Shown here: piece by piece, positions 50,360 to 64,000 of the stretch | Numbering within the stretch: the stretch's first letter is position 1 | Layout: each line of letters starts with the position of its first letter | Source of the DNA: Schmidtea polychroa | Taxonomy: Eukaryota | DNA length: 64,000 nt | Assembly (NCBI GenBank): GCA_044892525.1 | Contig: CM097887.1 | Coordinates: 90,002,397 to 90,066,396, forward strand | Direction of reading: 5' to 3' | Translations under genes and position numbers: made by a program | Notes under the pieces: generated by a model | Told to the model about the DNA's origin: nothing | Seen by the model: the letters and a program-made list of their open reading frames with translations, nothing else | The model's database searches: none

Positions 50360-51224
50360 ATCTAAAAGATAATTTAAAAGTTATACAAGGTTTCCATGTT
50401 AAAAAACTATATTGTAAAATAAAAAAAACTATTTTATAAATAAAAAACTAAATGGGAAAAACATGGATTATAATATAATTGATATAAAAAAATAAATACA
50501 CTTTAATAGCCACATCATTAAATCCTTTTTATCGTACAAGTTGAGGTTACATAACAATTTAACAATAATTTTTTTATTTTTTTGAAATTAAAAATATTAT
50601 AAATAAATAAAAAGGAGATTCTATAAAATAGTGTTGTTTTTTTGTGGTCAATAAAATCCAAAAAATAATTATCAATTTATATATTTAAAAAACCGCAGTT
50701 ATTATTGGAGCGAATTATAAAGGATATTTTATGATTAAACTTATTTTAATTTTTGATAAAAATGTTTAATTTAATTTACTAAATTAAATTTGTTTTTTCA
50801 AAATATTTTAAACAATCAAAACTCTGTTTTTAAGCATATTAATTTTAAGCCAATGAAAAATAATTTAAAATATTATACAATTTTTAAAAAAAGAAAAATT
50901 TTATTATTTTGAAAATTCATTTATTGGTGTTTACACAAAAAACTTTGAAAAGTTAGTTTTAATTGTTGCATTTTATTGGTGGAATTAAATATATTAAGTC
51001 TATATATAATATTATATGTTTTAAAATAGTTTTTTTTATTTTACAATATAGTTTTTTTTATCATGGAAACCCTGTATTAAATGAAAATAAATCATTTAAT
51101 TACATAGAATTTAACCGAAAGGTAAGCTCAATTGACTGGATCTTATTTAGTCAATAAAATGCCTATCAATTGCAATGTCAATTGAAAAGAAATCAGTGGT
51201 GAAAATTGAAAAAGTTCTTATTAC

Positions 51225-51640
51225 AGTGAAACCCCCATATACCGAATAGGTCGGGACCGGTGAAAACTCTCCCCGTATAACGAAAAATTCGTTATACCGG
51301 GGGGAGCAAAAAAATGATTCCATAAATTTTTCTAGCTCACCATGTGTAATATTTACTATTTTTCTTTTGCTTTTTGAATTTAAGCTTTTCATCATCTCAT
51401 ATTCCTCATTAGTTGTTTTTAAAATGCCACATTTAAAGTTGATCCTGATATATCGTTATCAGTTTTAATGATGGCTTTTTTATTACCTTTCTTATAGAAA
51501 TCGATTATTAGAATTTTTTCTCAACGTCTATTGATTGTCTTTTTCTTCTAGAATTCATTCGTTAACTGGAGGTAAATTTTTAAATATTAATAATTTCCAA
51601 TAGATTTTTAAAAAATAGGAATTATTCGTTGTGTGGAGGG
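51225..51640. mobile_element. pogo/Tigger-like MITE remnant
   Basis: TA|CAGTGAAACCCCCATATACCGAA..GGGACCGG..CGTATAACG is a typical Tigger-type left end; the right end is degenerate. Confidence 0.55.
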
Positions 51641-53427
51641 AACACGAAAAAATTAAAATAACCTGAATGGATATAAATTAATAACAATACAAATCTAAAC
51701 TCAAATATTACAAGCAAAAGATTAAAACACTATGTAATGTAATTTAATGTTTATAACAACTTTTTTATGCCTTTTTTATCATTTTAGTATAATATAATAT
51801 TATTATTAATATTATTATTAAATTTATTTTTGCTGAATTTTTGAGTTTTTAATGCATTTTACTGAAATTTCTGAAATTATTTATCTATAAATTTATTTTT
51901 AGATATTGGTGCAATCTAGTCAAAGATATTTTTTCCTTTCCAGGTGCTAATCAATTATTAAAAATGACTTGAATTATCATATTTTTGTGATTATATTATT
52001 TTTTTGAATAAATATTTTTTCGATTTTTAATCAATTTTGTTTATGTAAATGATACCGATTCTGAACGAGCTTTTGAATTCTTGATTCTATAAACCGATTA
52101 AAAAATTTGTCAAACTATTATTATTGGAATATTTGATCACGAAGAACACTGTCAAAGGAATAAAATCATTATTTAATGAGCGTAAAAATAATGCTAATTC
52201 TATTTACGAGGAAGCCTGATCATTGGTAGGCAGATCTTATTAGCTGAATATTTATTCTGGTGATCTAAGGCATTCCACGTCAGTTGAGCAACGCGTGGAA
52301 CTCATTTAGTTTTTTAAAAATAGAATCGATTGTACTTTCTTTTGAGACATAAGAAAAATAATGTAGTGTCTGAAACATACACATTTAATTTTATTAAGTA
52401 TTTTTAATTATTTAAATTAAAATTGCAAATCCACTATTGATGTAATAAACAAAAATAACGTTGTTTAAATATTCACATTTTCTCGCCACCTTGTTTTTTC
52501 AATTGATCAAAAGATAATTAATAATGTATTTAAAAATCAACATCCAATGTCCAATGTCACTTAATGGAAATATCAGTTCGCATTTGAAGTTTTAAAATGA
52601 AAAACCAATATCGATTAACCCACTTCAGTCATCGGATCATGCTGAAACTTGGCGAATAGATTCATTGTCGATGATAATGCGTTTTAATAAGTTTTGGTTC
52701 CACATTCTCACACAGAGCAAAAACTTGAAATTTTAACGGCTTTTTGAATTTTTAAAAAGTTATGAATTTGAAACCGTGAAATTTTGCATATAAAGGATTT
52801 ACAAAAAGCTGTTTATGGGTTGATTTTTTTATTGTATCAATATTATATGATTTTCATAGTCAACTCAAGAACCTTTGATACCCGGTAACATTATTAATAA
52901 GCTCTATATATCGAATGCGAATTACAAATGATAAACCTCAAAAAGCTGCTGCATATACTCCAACTCGTTGTCAGATCACAGAACATGCAGTAATGGATAA
53001 GTCAAGTTCAAATCAACAATTATGCTCGGATCATAGACTGTACATTCGCAAATTAAATATCCGAACAACCCGAAATCAGGAGAGTAATATTCAAAGGAAT
53101 CCAATGTCATTACTCAATTTTCGAATACCAGATATTCTTTGTAAAAAGATGTGGAATTCAATAAATATATTTTTCCATTTATTATCTTCCTACAGGCCGT
53201 AATGACATTTTCTGCATCATTTACTACTTTAACGGACCTGACAAACGCCTGAGAGCTCAATCAATTTTTATTTCATTTAATTGTTTTAGTAATACAAGAG
53301 TGTACAATCTTTTCAGGCTTTAACGACGTGGTCACTTGATAATTTAAACTAAATGTTCTTTTCGCAGACCAAACTCCTAGTTTTATTCAAATGAGATAGA
53401 AAATGTAGATTAACTATTATATAGACT

Positions 53428-54150
53428 AGCGCTGGCGAACCTTTTTCAGATCGCGTGCCAATGTTTTAATTTTATAAAACAAAAACATTCTCGCGTGCCA
53501 AGAATTTTTTTTGGTTAATGAGTGTTATACTATGCAATTAAAAATTAATTAAAATCCAATTAAAAGTCATATAATTTAAATGACAAAACACTAATGGAAA
53601 TAACAAAATATAATAACAAAAGAATAATAACAAAAGAAAATAACAAAAGAACACAATTAATGTGATTTGGTGACTTGGTAATATCAATGTTATTTTTCCT
53701 ATTTTAAGGCAGATTATAAAAGTTTTATATCTGGAGAATAAGTTTTATTCTTCAAAGCTACACAAGCTGCACTCAAGTCGTCAGTCAAACAGTTTCTGAT
53801 GTCTGATTTTATAAAATTCATGGTTGAAAACAATGATTCGCACGAGTAACTAGATAAGAAAATCGATAATATTGCCACTGCTACTTTTTTTAGAGAATTG
53901 AAAGTTTCAGGCAGGTCATTCCAAACGCTCAGAACCTCATTTTCCGCTGTTAGCTGTGGTTTTAATCCATCGCAGCGATCACGTTCAAATATTTCTAGTC
54001 GAACTCGTATATCAATAAACTTTTGTTTCCAAATTGAGCTGGACTGTAGCTCAACTAACTTCATTTCAAAAGCTTGTAATTCCATCCAGTCAAAAATTGT
54101 CAAATCCAAATTTTCAAAATCAACTGTATCTTGGTTTCTAAACTGAGATT
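53428..54150 (-). mobile_element. hAT (GTF2IRD2/EPM2AIP1-like) C-terminal remnant with one terminus
   Basis: WNDLPETFNSLKKVAVAILSIFLSSYSCESLFSTMNFIKSDIRNCLTD; terminus GCTGGCGAACCTTTTTCAGATCGCGTGCC. Confidence 0.85.
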
Positions 54151-55122
54151 TTGAGCTGGTTGTTTTCTTTGACTTTCTTCCAAACTTTATTCAAATAATC
54201 AAATAACTTCTTCTCGTTTTATTATTCAACTAATTCTTTTCTTCAACTCTTCTCCAATAATTATTTTCTTTACAATTATTTTGACAATCGTTTGTCCAAC
54301 AACGTTTCGCCCAAATTTTCTCCAATAATTTTATCTCTCAAATCGTCTTCCAAATCGTTTTCAATTTCGCGTCACTTTGTCTCTAATTTTTCTTCTCATT
54401 CCATGTCCACCAGTTTTCCTTTATATAGTTATTTTATTTGTGGCACTGGCGACAAATTCTGTTTACCATTTTTCTTTTCCTTTACGTCAGACTTATCTCT
54501 GACAGATATCAGATATTTTTCCATTTTCCTTTTTTTTTGTTAAGCCGCCTTCTCCCGACAATTTCGCTATCTTTGACAAGCTGTCAAGATACGGCTTTTT
54601 CCCTTATTTTGTTTTTCTGGAATTTGAAATTCCACCTTCATTTGTACTTCTTAATTAACAATGACCTTTGTTTTAATTTCTTGTTTGTTTCCTTTTATTT
54701 GATTTATCTTTCTCATTTTTAATTTCTTTTTACTTCTGTTTTCTTTTCCGAGTTCCCATAGATCGTCCTGTTTTTCATGACGATCTTCCCCCAGGTAATT
54801 TTATTTATTTATTTATAAATTGTTTATTTAGGTATCCTCAACAATTTAGAATTCAATAAAATTAAAATTTCAGCCAACCAGTTACCCTTTTCCAAATGTT
54901 TTTATACTCTTAAGTTCTGCTTTAAGATAGTTTTTTAAAGATAAATTAATTTTTACTTACATGTAAGCGTTGATACTTTTCTACAAAAAAATGGAATTAT
55001 TCTAAATCGGCTAATAAATAGATATTAATAAAATAATGAAAATGGTAAAATATATTAAAAATAATCAAAAAGATCAACAAAAATACCAATAGCTAAAAAT
55101 ATAAAAAGAATGTAATTATTGA

Positions 55123-58100
55123 CTAAGATGTTGGCTGGCAAGTTGGAATGCATCCAGTTGACTTGCGTCCACATATAGATGTAACACATTTGATAAATGC
55201 TGAATCCGTAGGACTGCCTATTGCAAAAGACTTGAAACTGAACATAATTGTTACATTATCTATCGGACTGATCAGGACTTTCTGTCTTGCTGGACATCTG
55301 ATAAAAACTTTATGAATTTTTTGAAAATCCAAATTCATTTACTTATTTAAAATTAACGGTTCTTTTACATTGCCGGATTCAATCCAGCAACTATCAAGAA
55401 AAGGTACCAGTTGTGAAGGAGGGTGGATCAATGTAACTTTAACAAATATTTCACTTCCAATTTCAACATCTTTTATATTGAGAAGGTTCGGATAAAATCT
55501 TAATAAATTAAATTAATATAAAATATAATTGTCGAATTATTGTAATTGTTTCAATCTATGATATATTTTACATTCCGTTGTTGATAATTTATCAAACTTA
55601 AATTTTTCAAAATCTTTATAATTTATTTTTTCTATCATATTTTCTGTATAATTTAGTTAGTTTTATCCTTTATCGAATATGAGTATGAGATTACATATTT
55701 CATAAATTTAACCCATAATTTTATAATAAATATAACCGTCTCCAGGACACTTTTGTGAGCCCTCGAAACGAGAAAATCCCGATTGGTTATGATATCTGGT
55801 AGCCCCAAATTTGGGCATTTGTCTTATCAAATAAAAATTATTAATTTAAATATTTTATTGGAAAATTTTTATTTCATAGTAGAATTAAAATAAAAATTAT
55901 TGCATTTTACCTTAATAGAATAATCATAATAATATTATCATAAAATTTTCACAATAAAGGAAAAATATAAGGTTCAATTATAACAATGAAATTATATATA
56001 TATATATATATATATACAGTGCTTTTTTCTGGAAAAAAAAAGATGCCGGAACGTATCTGTACTATCCTGTATATACAAAAAAATGGCGCTGAAATTAGCT
56101 AACAAATAAAATAATTATGCAGGACACAAAATATACACTTATTACCGACGACAGGAAATGATTTTAATGACGTAGTATATTAATGGTGTATATTTAATAT
56201 GTGAGCGTGTTTTATATAATAGTAATAACACATAGGAAGCACGGAGTTATGATTCACTCGCTTTGGCATACGACTACTACTTTTAATTTTATTGTAATTG
56301 ATTATTTGAGATGTCAGAAATAGAAATATGACAAAAAACCAAAAATATGTCAATATTTTAAAATCATTCAGCGAAAAAAGGTTCCGGAGCGTTCCGTCAG
56401 AAAAAAGCATTACATATAAATATATATAAATTAAATTTTTATGTTAATTTCGGATTTTGGTTTTGTCGGTAAATTTATTTTTATCGCTTCGGCAGTACCA
56501 CAAATTTGAAGGTTTTACATTTTTCAATTTTAAATTTTAGTAAGATCATTATTAGAAGCAAATTTTTGGCGCCATACACAATATATAACATTTCTTGAGT
56601 ATTCGGAATGGAAAATATTGGTCTTTCTGTTATCCCATTTAACACTCTATAATCTAAACATATCCTAATATTATTATAATAACTTTTTTCAAATTTTACC
56701 ACTGATTTCTTTTCAATTGACATTGTATTTATTAAAAAGCTTTACAGTAAATATATCGATGTTTTTTATGATATTCACAAATTTTCAGCACTACCTTTTT
56801 CAAGTGACTTTGATCCATGAAAAATCATTTGAAAAAGGCAGTTAAGCTTATCAATAAATACAATATCTTAATATCATCTTTATCTTTCTTCATAACTGTC
56901 AATTTCTTCATTGACTCCTCATATAATTTAGCCGCTTCGGTTGACATATAAATGCCCTTATGAACGTCTTTTGTAATTGAATTGGAGTTTGAGTAAAATC
57001 ATAAAATCTTCTAATCTCTTCTAAGAAAATTTCCAGACTGTCTCCAATTGGAAAGATTTTCGGTGTTGGAATAAAAGCATTTAATGGGTTATTTGTCGTG
57101 AGTCCTGGCGTAGTAGCCATATTATAAGACTTTGGAGACATATAATTTATTAATATCAAAAACTGATTATTCCTCCGGAGGAAGTAATTATATTGTAAGT
57201 ATCTTGAGCAAGATACATAGATGCATCAATAATACAATATTACACCTTTGACATTCAGACATACATTACATAATAATCAGACATACAAATTCAACATGCA
57301 ATAATATTATTTCAAACAGGTATTATTTACTTTTATCCTACAATCATTTTATTCACCTCTTATTTCTTGTATTTTTAGAATTTCATTCATGTTCATTTCA
57401 ACTAAAGATTAATATTTATATAGGTCTTCTATTTAAAAGAAAAAAATTTAATAAATAATCATTGTCCGTGAAGATTTGAATTGAATGTAAGATTATTTTT
57501 GATTATTAACCTGCTCTTCTATAAGAACACGTGTAAAACCATCGATCAAAAATGTATTTAGTATTAAGCGATAGATAAAAACAAGAATATAAAGGATGAG
57601 TTGAAAGATTATTCAGTTTTTCTCAAACGGGATATTACTTATTTTGAAATATTAACTTACCTTCCATTTTCCAATTGAAAATTACAATAGTTTTTCAAAA
57701 TCAAATTGGCATGTTTTTTTGTAGAGATTGTATTGCATTTATAAAATTTAAATTTTCAATTTAAAAAAATAATATTTTTAGGTAATAATTAAACTATAAG
57801 TAAAATCCTGTAATTTTCTGATCACATTTGATCTGTTTTTATTTTCTTTTCGGCATTTAAATTATTTTCATTTCGTCTATATATAAAATTTTATTTCCTC
57901 GTGTAACACAAATTTTTGGCACTTTTTTTCTTCAAGTATTATTTTATAACACTTAAATTAAATAACAATTCAAAAAGCTGCATCAAATATTTGTGCTAAA
58001 TGGGAAAAAAATAATCTATAGTCATAATGAAAATAAATGAAATGTTAAAATAAAATAAATTGAATAAATTTAAGCTGAAAATAGTTAATAGAAATATTAT

Positions 58101-61100
58101 TTTAAAAGTGAAATAATTCAAAACTCACCTATCATTAGCTGAAACAATCATCGTCGTTGGAATAGGGGTATCGTTACCAATTATTGGCAGGTCTGCAGTT
58201 GCACTTATGGAAAAGTTTGCCGTTGTCGTGCTATCAAATCTCGAAATCAAACATTGAACTTGATAAATTTGATCATTTTTAATAATTATGTTATTATTTA
58301 ACTTTGGATAAATGCGTTTCACTTGAAAACTATAAATAATCGTATCCTTGTCACCCTAAATGAATTTTCATTATTTAAAAATATAATTTGTTTTTGTAGG
58401 TAAAGATAAAGTTACAAATTTTTATCTAGAATATAGGAATCAGTATTAAAAATGGTACCAGGTAAATATAATTTCATTAAAAATGTGAAACAAATCTCCC
58501 ATAAATGGCCTTTCATTAGATGATAACATAGCTCTGACAAAATTTTGGCAATAAATATAATAAATATTTTTGTCAAAACTTTGGAGTTACAAACATTTAT
58601 TGAATTGTGTTTATATATAAGACAGTTTATAAAATATTATTTTAGGAATGTGAAATCACTCTAGAAATATTGAGAAATAAGTTCATATTGAATAAATGAA
58701 ATGGAAGGGCATTTTATTTGTTAATAAAAGTTCTAAAACTCTATACAGGAGCAGTGGCGTAGCGGCGGTCACAAGGAGATATATTATGCCCCGAGGGGCG
58801 CCAAATGGTCACCAAGGTAAGCAAGATTTACCGGGAAATTTCAATTTTTATTTTGGTCGATTTTTGCGAAATATATTTTAAATAAATAATTATTGTAAGA
58901 TAATTAATTATTTCCTTCCTTGATTTGTCTGATACAATATGTTATAAATAATGTTTGCAGTAAATCAATCAAATATCTCCATATACAAAACATTATTTCT
59001 TCTTTCTGAACACTTTATTTTTCTAATATAGTAATATATTTGTAACTTTTTAAACGAAAAGTACAGAAACTGCAACAGAAACACTTATTATAAATCCGGA
59101 CGATCTGGAGTACAAAGATTTTGCTTATTTAAAATTCAGTAATATTCTTCAAATAATATTGAAATGATTATTCGTGGATTCCGCCTATTTCAGAACAAAT
59201 ACAGTCTAAATACAGTAAAATTTAAAACCGAATCTGAGCCCGTGTTCCTATTTATCCCGAAACACATAGTATTTTGTAGAAGTGTTGTTATGTAGTGACT
59301 ATTCGTAATATATTATTAAGTATTTTAAGGTAGGTACTGCATCCTATTATTATTATTACGAGTATATTCTGTATATGGCCTCGAAACTAAATTAGGAAAG
59401 TGTTAATTATCATAATTACATCGTAACCAGTGTATCAAAATATTAAAGATAAATACAATCGCCCCTAAAATAAACATTAGAAATAATGAATTTTTAGTGA
59501 ACCTTAGTGAACTCACTCCGTCGTTTACGATCTAAAGATAAGCCCTGTACTCTAAAAATTAGGGTCAAAATAGTTAATATATTTCAAGAATATATTAAGT
59601 CCGTGGTCCGAGTTAGTTCCTTACTAAAAATCTATTACTGTAATTGATTCTATTAATTCTATTTTGAAATTCCAATAAAAGTGCAACTCATTATAAAAAT
59701 TTACATATTATCTTAGCAAATTTATTAACAGATAACTCCATATAATATAATTATTCCTAATAAGATGATCATTTCTTTTTTATAAAAAGTCATACTAATA
59801 AATAATATGACCATTAATATTTAGGATTTAATAATCGCATGGGATTCTTGCCGTGCTCATATTTCAGAACGTGTAAAAGAGCACTGCAGAAAAATAAATC
59901 TAAAACTTGTGGTAATACCCGGCGGATTAACCCCCTATTTACAAGCAGGAGATATTGGAATTTTTAAAGAATTTAAAGACAGAATTTCCAGTTTTATTAA
60001 TATTTGGGGAAACTCCGAGGAAATAGAATACACAAGACGTGGAAATCCCAAGGCTCCCAGCCAAGTGTGAATCTTTGGATTAGTAATGCTTGGGGCTCTA
60101 TGTCTATCCAAAACATAAAAAACTCTATATTCAATCAGCTGGGTTTTCGGAGAATTTCGAGGATTGGCATATATCTAAACATGATATTTATGGTGAGAGA
60201 TTCCGAAACGAATTTATTAATTCGATATTTGAAGATTCAACACCAACTCAGAACGAGTACGATTTTGAGCCAGATGTATTTGATCTAGCTGATGAATGAT
60301 TAAAAATGCAATTATGTTTTTTATATTTCTTTTAATTCAAATAGTATGACTAATTTACTTAACCATGTAAGGAATTTTTATTTCTTGGTCATATTATTAA
60401 ATAATATGACTCATACTATTTGGAGTTACTCGTCGAAATAGATTTTTATAATATTTTTTATTGAATAAATACTTGTTTTGTCATTCCACAGTTAATGTAA
60501 TCTACAGATAATTTCACCGAGTTGTCAACATGGACCTTTGAGCAAGGCTTATTATTTTCCATAACATTTACAAATTCGGGTTTGATCTCTTCATGAATTG
60601 TTTTATTCCAAAATAGCGATAGAGTAGTGGAATTACAGTGCACTTCTGGATTGGCATCTATTAGGAGAAAAATAAATTTGAGATAAAACTATAAATATTA
60701 AAATGAAGTAGTTATAAACTCGTCAAAATTACTACAAGAATGGAAAATTTAGGATTTTTTACAAAACCTAACCTGATTTTCAATGTACAACGAAATTAGC
60801 ATCCAAATTAAAACTTAAGAACGATTTTTTTCTTGACTAAGAGCAATATAAAGTTGACCATGCGCAAATATAGGCTCAAGAAAATTAACCTTTGTTACGG
60901 AAAGTATGTGTAAGAGTCATTGCGAAATGTAATGTAATGTATTTAATAATAATAGGTTTTACAGATTATAAATAAAAAGATAAACAATCAGTTTGGAAAT
61001 TTGAATTATAAGATATTGTCTAATTTGCTTAAAGTACGCGATATGTTCATCATTAAGTTGTGTTCTGATTTCGTTCATCAATTTGCATCGCTACAAACAT

Positions 61101-63170
61101 ACTGAATAGATTTCCGCCATCTTTTTACTTCAATTCTTGAACAATGTCGACAGAAGGAAGTGACCAATATTAGTGAACATAATAAAAACTGTAGGTCTGA
61201 TTTGAAAATATTATTAAATTTTTATTAATTATTGAGCGTTTAATATATTAAGTATTGCTGATAAGTTGACTGAATCCGAAAATTAATGTGCAAAATGTTG
61301 TGAACACTGGTCTTTTGAATGTTGTAAATTGTGAGTTTGTGAGATTGCTGTTTTCAAATGTGTTAAATTATTAAGTTAAATAATTTTAAATTTCAATTTT
61401 TTAGAAAAGTCAATAGATTATTAAAATTAAAAATTATAATATATTTTAAAATCTTTAAATATATTTAGTATAAATTGAAATTTTTTTGATTATTTAAATT
61501 AAATTTTAAAGTATTTTTTAAAGGAAAATAAATAAAATTTATTTATAAAATCAATAGTTTTTCTATCATACCTCATTATGACAGGAAAACTGTCGAAATA
61601 CATCGTAAAACTAATTTCTGAATGGCGATTTCTTATAATTAAATCATTGACATGTTTATTTAGTTATTTATATGAATTATTTGTACAAAAGGTTTATATT
61701 TAAATATGTGAGGTGTTTTCAGCTGAGAATTAAATATTTCAACGATTTATTTAAGATTATTTTAAATGATAAATAATGGACTATTAAAAGAAGTTTTAAA
61801 ATAAATTTTTAAATAAATATATTTTACATATCAAAATTTAAATAAATTGTTTTGAAAATATTTTATTCGAGCCTGAAAGTTTGTTTGAAAATTATACAAT
61901 ATTTCATTAAATAGATACTTGGAATTATGATGTTATCTTTTGAACCTGATTTAAAAAATAATTTAGAAGATGTTCTAGCAGCTTCAAATAAAATATATCA
62001 ACAATTATATCAGCAACTTCGTAGAAATACGCTGATAAACCTAATATAATGAAGAACACCATAATCGATAATTGTTTGCCAGCATTAACATAATCTAAAT
62101 TAGAGATGATTTAAGTTGAACAACGGATATCAATTCTTTGATAAAAACCAACATACTTATTTTTGAATTTTTATATATTATATTATTGGAAACCACATTA
62201 AAAATCTAGATTTTAATTTGATCGACCTAAGGACGCACACACGATTAGATTAGCTAAACATGGTAATTTACTGGTTTTGAAATACTTTAACTCCGCTATT
62301 CTTATTAGCAGTGAAGTAACTACAAATTTTAGACTCACAATTAATATTTATCTTGAGACTGCTTGGTAAATAAACATTTTCAATGAATAAAATACGTTAA
62401 GTAACTTTTTTTTCCAATTTCACCACTGATTTTTTTTCGGTTGATTTATTAAAGAGCTTGACGACTATAAATCGGTTATATATCGATGTTTTTGATATAT
62501 TACTGATTCATAGTCNNNNNNNNNNNNNNNNNNNNNNNNNNNNNNNNNNNNNNNNNNNNNNNNNNNNNNNNNNNNNNNNNNNNNNNNNNNNNNNNNNNNN
62601 NNNNNNNNNNNNNNNNNNNNNNNNNNNNNNNNNNNNNNNNNNNNNNNNNNNNNNNNNNNNNNNNNNNNNNNNNNNNNNNNNNNNNGAAAATATTTTATTT
62701 TATGATTATAATAAAAGAAATTTTATCGATTTTCCTATTCATTTATTAATAAATCAAACCTGGAATATCAGGAGAATAGCTGCAAATCAGTCCAATATTG
62801 TCATTAGGAGTGCATCTTTCATTGTCATATGGATAAACGTTTACACACTCTGATAAAGAGTTCGCATTTGAAGGACATTTCATGTTTTTAAATCCCCCAA
62901 TTGAAGCTCCAGGATAATAAGAACCCTCGATAATTCTAGCGTATGATGTGCTGAAATAAAAGAAAACCGAAAATTTTAATAAAAAATTAAGTTGATAATT
63001 ATTACTGTTGGCACAATAATTCTCGGCAAAACAATTGCGCTTCATGACTTCCAAAATTCCTATTTATCCCACATATTGTAAATTCTTTGTTCTCATATAG
63101 AAGTTTTAATAAGCCATAACTTTTATTTGACAAAGATGCATTGAGTGGTCCAGATTCTATAAAAGTACAT
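55123..63170 (-). CDS. SRCR-ZP protein gene 2 (paralog-like, convergent with gene 1); exons ~63170-63005, 62950-62765, 60660-60470, 58350-58128, 55500-55345, 55300-55123; 5' end unresolved
   Basis: SRCR: YGLLKLLYENKEFTICG..FGSHEAQLFCREL; MKCPSNANSLSEC..CTPNDNIGLICS. ZP-N: EVHCNSTTLSLF..PC..SVDYINCG and YQVQC. ZP-C: LDSCWIES, CPARQ..FSFKSFAIG..FIKCVTSIC..GCIPTC. Confidence 0.75.
56018..56412. mobile_element. MITE with CAGTGCTTTTTT terminal inverted repeat
   Basis: CAGTGCTTTTTTCTGG..CCGGAACG is mirrored by GGTTCCGGAGCGTTCCGTCAGAAAAAAGCATTAC. Confidence 0.6.
56470..57170 (-). mobile_element. Decayed Gypsy remnant (gag start and RT fragment)
   Basis: FPIGDSLEIFLEEIRRFY (gag-like) and IRICLDYRVLNGITERPIFSIPNTQEML (RT). 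Confidence 0.7.
59826..60299 (+). mobile_element. pogo/Tigger DDE transposase remnant
   Basis: LIIAWDSCRAHISERVK..LVVIPGGLTPYLQAGDIGIFKEFK..WISNAW; frameshifted. Confidence 0.85.
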
Positions 63171-64000
63171 GTATGTATATATTCCAAATCATTACATTTC
63201 ATAAAACAATAAATGTAATACATTATTTGTTAAAAAATTGTGTTAACGTATAATCATAAAATTTGGATTTTTTTAGAAAGCACCACTCAAATATATTTTT
63301 ATTAATATATTTTCAACATTCTCACTGTCATCATCAGGTACGATAGAAAACAACTATAGATATAATATTTTTATTAAACAAATTATTATTCTTATTTTAA
63401 ATTCTATTATATATTGTTAAACGTAATTTTCAGTTTCTTGTTCTATTATTGCCCTGTTTATTTCATAATTCCATTGAATATTTGATTTATAGAATCAACT
63501 TATAATATAAAGAACGCATTTGATAAGAATTTATTATGATGGTGAGTTTGGATTAGTAACACCAGTCTGGCACTAATTGGGTTAATATCGGCACATCACC
63601 GTTTATAACATAATAGATAAATATTAATTCACGCTTCCTAAATCTTAGATTCAATTGTGAATAGAATTTTGTAGAGCCTTATGGTTTTTTTTAAATACTT
63701 TATTTTTATTATTATTATTACAGTGTGACTGCAAAGTCTCGCAATATTAAAAAATAAATAATAGGCCAATTCTGGTATTTTAAGACATACGTTATGTCAT
63801 AAGACTAAAGATGAATAAATTCAAATTATACACCAATTTTAGGTGTTTATCAACATTAAAGAACATCTGAATATAATAATCGCTCGATGAATACACAAAT
63901 GTTTATTAGAGGCATGTAGTCAAACATAGGATGAATATGAAATACATATACACCAATCAAAATGAAAAATGAGCAGATAAATTTTCAGTAAATTGCGCGT

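Noticed and set aside
54960-55122. Hydrophobic stretch after gene 2's stop as a possible transmembrane exon
   Set aside because: The T-rich sequence gives F/L/I in several frames, and none joins the ZP frame cleanly without stops.
3208-62853. ORFs spanning N runs (3208-3912, 4375-4576, 11282-11741, 25256-25591, 38812-39077, 48005-48460, 62458-62853) and poly-Ile/IY ORFs (8243-8437, 49470-49814)
   Set aside because: Artefacts of gaps and microsatellites; only parts overlapping traced exons are real.

Overview
Very AT-rich, intron-containing eukaryotic draft scaffold with many N gaps. It is a metazoan, judged from SRCR/ZP proteins and a stem-loop histone gene; the species is not determinable from sequence alone. 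Host genes: a 7-exon PDI-family ER protein lacking both CXXC motifs and ending in KTEL (2868-11866,+); a solitary stem-loop histone H2A (29392-29769,+); two convergent SRCR+ZP (DMBT1-like architecture) genes (35705-~48885,+ and ~63170-55123,-); and a decayed actin pseudogene at the left edge. Most of the rest is transposon-derived: Gypsy remnants, many hAT elements and MITEs (several with exact 8-bp TSDs), Tc1, pogo, piggyBac-like and Harbinger-like MITEs, foldback palindromes and microsatellites. The most striking region is 15.7-26.5 kb, a head-to-tail cluster of restriction-like-endonuclease (RLE) non-LTR retrotransposons. It holds one 5'-truncated but ORF-intact copy, one apparently full-length NeSL-like copy (4 Zn fingers, a Ulp1-like protease domain with catalytic His and Cys substituted, RT, CCHC, RLE) and a probable third 5' fragment. 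A poly(A) tail is fused directly to a 15-16 bp tandem repeat that may be the target site or a 5' UTR repeat. Exon models were traced by eye from GT-AG sites and protein similarity; no database search was run.
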